A stretch of 63,980 bases of DNA, filler included, from Aduncisulcus paluster (lineage: Eukaryota): assembly GCA_024181965.1 (NCBI GenBank). It is 11 parts of 11 records of this genome, joined end to end, with 100 filler letters (N's around TTAATTAATTAA, not from the genome) between each part and the next. Parts side by side here need not be neighbours in the genome. Positions count along the whole stretch, not along the records: positions 59,966 to 62,272 come from BQXS01011690.1; positions 62,373 to 63,980 come from BQXS01011785.1; 9 more parts are not named here. One strand, given 5' to 3'. The notes beneath the pieces were generated by a model. That model was not told where the DNA came from, ran no database searches, and worked only from the letters and a program-made list of their open reading frames with translations. The translations under genes were made by a program, and so were the position numbers. Numbering within the stretch: position 1 is the stretch's first letter; each line of letters starts with the position of its first letter. Below, in pieces: positions 59,966 to 63,980 of this stretch.

Positions 59966-62272
59966 CATGGATCCTTCACAGGGGCATGTTTGATGGTAAG
60001 AATAGATGACAGCTTGAGAGAAATACGATGATAATTCATTCCTCGCGTGTTCAATATCACAGATGTAGTTATCGCTAATATCGAGGTAGAGCAGAACATC
60101 TTCGGGAAACATGGAAGATGTGATGAGAACAGACACATCTGAGATGTTGTTGTTGGAGAGATCAAGGTATGTCAGTTGAAAAGATTTGGTTGTATAGTCC
60201 TCAGCAACTACTGAAGTCAAGTCAAGGATATCACTGACACTACTCAACGCACATCCACTTGCAGATAAAGAGGTAAGACCAGAGTTAAGGGTGTCGTATT
60301 TAACTGATTTTGCCAAGATTTGAACCACCAATCTGTCATATTCAGCATTGGTGTTAATTTCTCCACTCAAGTCATAGCCATCAATGTTGAGAGATTTTAA
60401 GCCAATGGAATTATTTGAAGAATCAATTCCTTGAGAATACTCAAGACCTTGCAGAGTCGTAATGGAATTCACAGATGATAGTGACATGGATGTTACAATA
60501 CTAGATAGGTTCAATGAGGAACAACTCAGAGAACTCCTCAATGTGGCAACACTAATCATCCCATTTGATTCAATATCAGAACTAATCAGACATCCATTGG
60601 CGGGATCAGACAAATAAGCCCGAATATTATCATCATGAATGGTATAACATGTGAGATCACCATCATCAACAGAGCCACTCGTCTTTGCAATGAAAGCACA
60701 TTGTTTTTCATTCACATCATCAACGCTATTGAATACTTCGTTAAGAAGAATTGAAGGGCAGTGAATATAGGAAGAATCACAATAATAAGTATCAATAACA
60801 TTAATAGGGCAGATATTTGGAAGGAAATTATTCTCAATCGCATCCGTATCGGATTTGTATATTGGCAGTATTGAAGAGATAATTGACCAATAATCATCAT
60901 CTTCTTCTGATCTACAAAGAGGTATTAGAGCAATATCATACGCCAGATCGGCAATCTCCAACCAATTCAAGCCGATATTTCTGAACGTGACGGTGATGTC
61001 AAAAATTCGCATATTGCTGTGGAATGAACAACGATACAATCTATGAAGGGTATATATGGAATTAATATCATAAATATCCATAGAATATGTGTTAGATCGT
61101 TCTTGATCAATGTATAACGATGGAAGTTGACCAAGCGAGGCAATATCAATCACTCCAGAAATATCAGAGTCATTTGAATTAAAATAGTTAATATTTATCA
61201 AATATTTAGCACCAATCAAAGTCGAAATGTGAGAAGAATTCGAATAAAAGTGGCCACTTATCCCAGCCATCTCAAACTCAGACACGTCACAAAGAGTTTC
61301 TACATATCCAACAGCATCACACACTTTACCCCTGAACAATGGATCTGGAATATGCACCTGATACAACTGGTCACATTCATCGCCATACCAGGCAGATCGA
61401 CAATCGGATGTGATAATATCTCCTGACGTTTTGACACACATTTGATGATCATTCATATCACTGGGACATTCAGCATCGGTATCTTCAACGCATGAATACT
61501 CTCCTTGGTCATAATAATACCCTTCCTCACACTCGGCTGCATAACGACCAGGATATACCTCATTGCACTCCAAATGATCATCAATGGTGAATGTACGATC
61601 ACATTCAGGGAAATACACAGGAACAAGAGTTGAGCATGAAGCATCATCATACCAGGTGTCACACTCACATGCATGATCGGTGGTGTTACAACTTCCATGA
61701 CCAGAACATACTTCACCTCCAACAATTGGACACTCACTCGAGCAGTCTTCTCCATACCATCCAGATAGACAGGGAGAAGCACACAGGACAGACGAACTGA
61801 CGGAATCATAAATGGCGACGACATCTTCTTTCCTCTCACACACTTGACAACGGATAACATTGTCATCTTCAACAACAAGATCCTCTGCACATGTCTCGCC
61901 AGTGATATCGGATGGGTTAACCGAATAACCACTGGTACATGCTTTTATACATGTATTCGTGTTTTTATCTAAGTAATACCCATGCCAGCACTCAACTTGG
62001 TAATCGCCATCAGAGCGTTGGCGACACGTCTTGTGAGCAAAAAAGGACACATCAGTCCCAGACTCGGAACATGGGCAAGTGGATTGGTTAGATGCAGTGA
62101 GGGTGGTTAGATTTGTGAAATACGATTGGAATGACATCACGACGGAATTAATGTCACAGATGGAGTTGCCACTGATATTCAGAGAAGTCAAAGAATCGCC
62201 AGGGAAGATAGATGATGTGATGAGAACAGATACATCAGAGATGGAGTTGTTTGAGAGATCTAGGGATGTCAG
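59966..62272 (-). CDS. LRR plus EGF/Cys-rich surface protein (partial at both ends)
   Basis: Repeated LDLSNNxISDVSVLITSS...LDIS/LNIS...ICD module and EGF-like CSGHGSC...CECDTWY and WYGEDC/WYGDEC. Confidence 0.85.
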
Positions 62273-62373
62273 NNNNNNNNNNNNNNNNNNNNNNNNNNNN
62301 NNNNNNNNNNNNNNNNTTAATTAATTAANNNNNNNNNNNNNNNNNNNNNNNNNNNNNNNNNNNNNNNNNNNNT

Positions 62374-63980
62374 GTGCAACCTGAGTTTATTCATGAAGGA
62401 AATAAGTGGTGCTGTCTAATTCCTGGAGATGCCCCCAATATTAAGAGTGCAAAGTTTCCAACTATCAAAGCAATAGATGGAACCAAGGAAGAAGGTGAAT
62501 TTGGGTACGATCAGAGTTCTGAAGCACAAGAGATGATGAAAGCAGAAGGTCAGTTTGATTTAGCATATTTTACCCATATCTCGATTCCTTTCTCTTCATC
62601 TTCCTCAATGAAAGGGGCTTATATTTGTCTATGGGATTTTACTTCACCTCCATCACACCTTATCATCACTCTCACATCTTCAAAGGGTGAGAAAACATCC
62701 AAAAAGTACGAATTTCCTGAATTTAGAGGTGATCGTTGGTATTTCCTTCCTGTTGATCTCCCTGATGTTGTTCTGTGTGAGATTACAGGGAAAGGAAGAT
62801 GGCGAGAATCTTTTGAAATCCACTCCCTTGTGTTCATTAGTAGAGATGAAACTCCTGAAGAAATCACATCTCGTGAAGCCAGAGAGAAACTATGGTCTGA
62901 AGCTCCAATTGTGAAATCAGAGTTTGTTAAGGAAGGATGGAGAGATTCTATTCCCATTCCACGAGATGATCCAAAGCTTGTAGATCCTTCATTCTCAATG
63001 GTTAAGTGCAAGGATGATTCGGTGAGTAAGGAATCTGAGTATTATGATCAGAGTTCAGATGCGCAAAAAATGTTAAAAGGGGAAGATGATGTTGACCTAT
63101 CCCATCTTTCTATCCCTTTCCCATCACCTAGTCCAATGAAAGGTGCTTATATCTGTGTGAATAAGAATGATAGTTCTCCCTCTCTTCTCTTCACTTTCAC
63201 TGATTGTGATGGTAAGAAGACCTTCAAGAAGTATGAATTCACAAGACCTGAATATTACCTTGAATGGGACTTCCTTCCTATTGATTTGGATAATGTTGTA
63301 TTGTGTGAGATTGAAGGGAAAGGAAGGTGGAGGTGGGAACAGAAGAATAGTCGATATTTCTACATCTACTCCCTTGTATTTACTATGCCAGAGGAAACCA
63401 TTGCAGCTGAACGATTATCTCTACTTCCATGGAAATATCTTACTCCTGTTTCTGTTCCTTCCAGTTCCTCCAAGACACCCACATCAACCTTGTCTTTGCC
63501 ATCAAAACCTGTGAAAGAAGCTGTGAAAGAGGAAGAAGAAGAAGAAGAAATTGTTATTAAAGGAAATGATAAGTTCTGTGTTGGAGGCAGTGTGAGTGCG
63601 TTTGCCAAGCGTTGGTGTGCTGATGGCAAGTATGTGAGTGTTGATGATACTGCTGATGATAGTGAACCCTCAGACTCAGACTCAGACTCAGACTCGTCCT
63701 CAAGCTCTGGCTCTGGCTCTGAGAGTGCCGATGTTGATACTGCTGTGCCTGACTTTGACGCCATGACACTGAACCCTGTGAAAGTGTGTTCGTTATGTGT
63801 TGGGATGATCGAGTGTCTTGATGATGTGTTCACGGCTAAACCAAAGCTTGTGCATCGAGACGTGAAACCTGACAACTTCCTTGTTCGTGTTGATCCCGAT
63901 TCTAAGAAGTGCACCGTTGTCCTTGCAGATCTTGGATTCGTGCAGATCCAGGATTCCGTCTCCTCTTCAAGATCTTCCGA
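62374..63980 (+). CDS. Two tandem beta-sandwich domains fused to a kinase lacking its N-lobe (partial at both ends; absent from ORF track)
   Basis: Manual translation gives one open frame: domain 1 (SIPFSSSSSMKGAYICL...WYFLPVD), domain 2 (SIPFPSPSPMKGAYICV...WDFLPID), linker, then KGNDK-FCVGGSVSAF...HRDVKPDN...DLG. Confidence 0.85.
   Translation, partial: MQPEFIHEGNKWCCLIPGDAPNIKSAKFPTIKAIDGTKEEGEFGYDQSSEAQEMMKAEGQFDLAYFTHISIPFSSSSSMKGAYICLWDFTSPPSHLIITLTSSKGEKTSKKYEFPEFRGDRWYFLPVDLPDVVLCEITGKGRWRESFEIHSLVFISRDETPEEITSREAREKLWSEAPIVKSEFVKEGWRDSIPIPRDDPKLVDPSFSMVKCKDDSVSKESEYYDQSSDAQKMLKGEDDVDLSHLSIPFPSPSPMKGAYICVNKNDSSPSLLFTFTDCDGKKTFKKYEFTRPEYYLEWDFLPIDLDNVVLCEIEGKGRWRWEQKNSRYFYIYSLVFTMPEETIAAERLSLLPWKYLTPVSVPSSSSKTPTSTLSLPSKPVKEAVKEEEEEEEIVIKGNDKFCVGGSVSAFAKRWCADGKYVSVDDTADDSEPSDSDSDSDSSSSSGSGSESADVDTAVPDFDAMTLNPVKVCSLCVGMIECLDDVFTAKPKLVHRDVKPDNFLVRVDPDSKKCTVVLADLGFVQIQDSVSSSRSS

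Noticed and set aside
12271..62372. Recurring TTAATTAATTAA within N runs as a biological repeat
   Set aside because: It is a fixed 100-nt concatenation linker with six-frame stops. ORFs ending in ...LIN are artefacts of it.

Overview
This is eukaryotic DNA from a compact, AT-rich protist genome. The window is not contiguous. It is 11 contigs joined by ten artificial 100-nt linkers (N44-TTAATTAATTAA-N44), plus four internal 20-N scaffold gaps with duplicated flanks. The sequence shows short GTATGT...YAG/AAG introns, standard-code stops (TAA, TAG and TGA), flagellar genes, Ser/Glu microsatellite inserts in proteins and expanded lineage-specific families. My best inference is a Carpediemonas-like fornicate (Metamonada), possibly Aduncisulcus; this is from recall and has not been verified by a search. 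Recognisable genes: DDX24/Mak5 helicase (missed by the ORF track), XPF/ERCC4, IMP4, Cdc20, DNAI3/WDR63-like, CHMP2A/Vps2, CFAP20-domain protein, CIA2/MIP18, a 26/29-kDa-type cathepsin, an isochorismatase, RPL3, an OTU-domain protein, kinases, LRR/EGF and Ig-like surface proteins, and a hAT transposase end. The most interesting candidates are: (1) a multicopy beta-sandwich (DOC/galactose-binding-like) domain with variable loops, fused to a lineage-specific kinase, including one copy with an in-frame N-lobe deletion; (2) a structured non-coding element of about 250 nt upstream of Cdc20; (3) a Cdc20 that appears to lack the C-box; (4) a 55-aa MFAP1-like microprotein; (5) a Cys-to-Ser pseudo-OTU; (6) a recurrent TGACA promoter motif.
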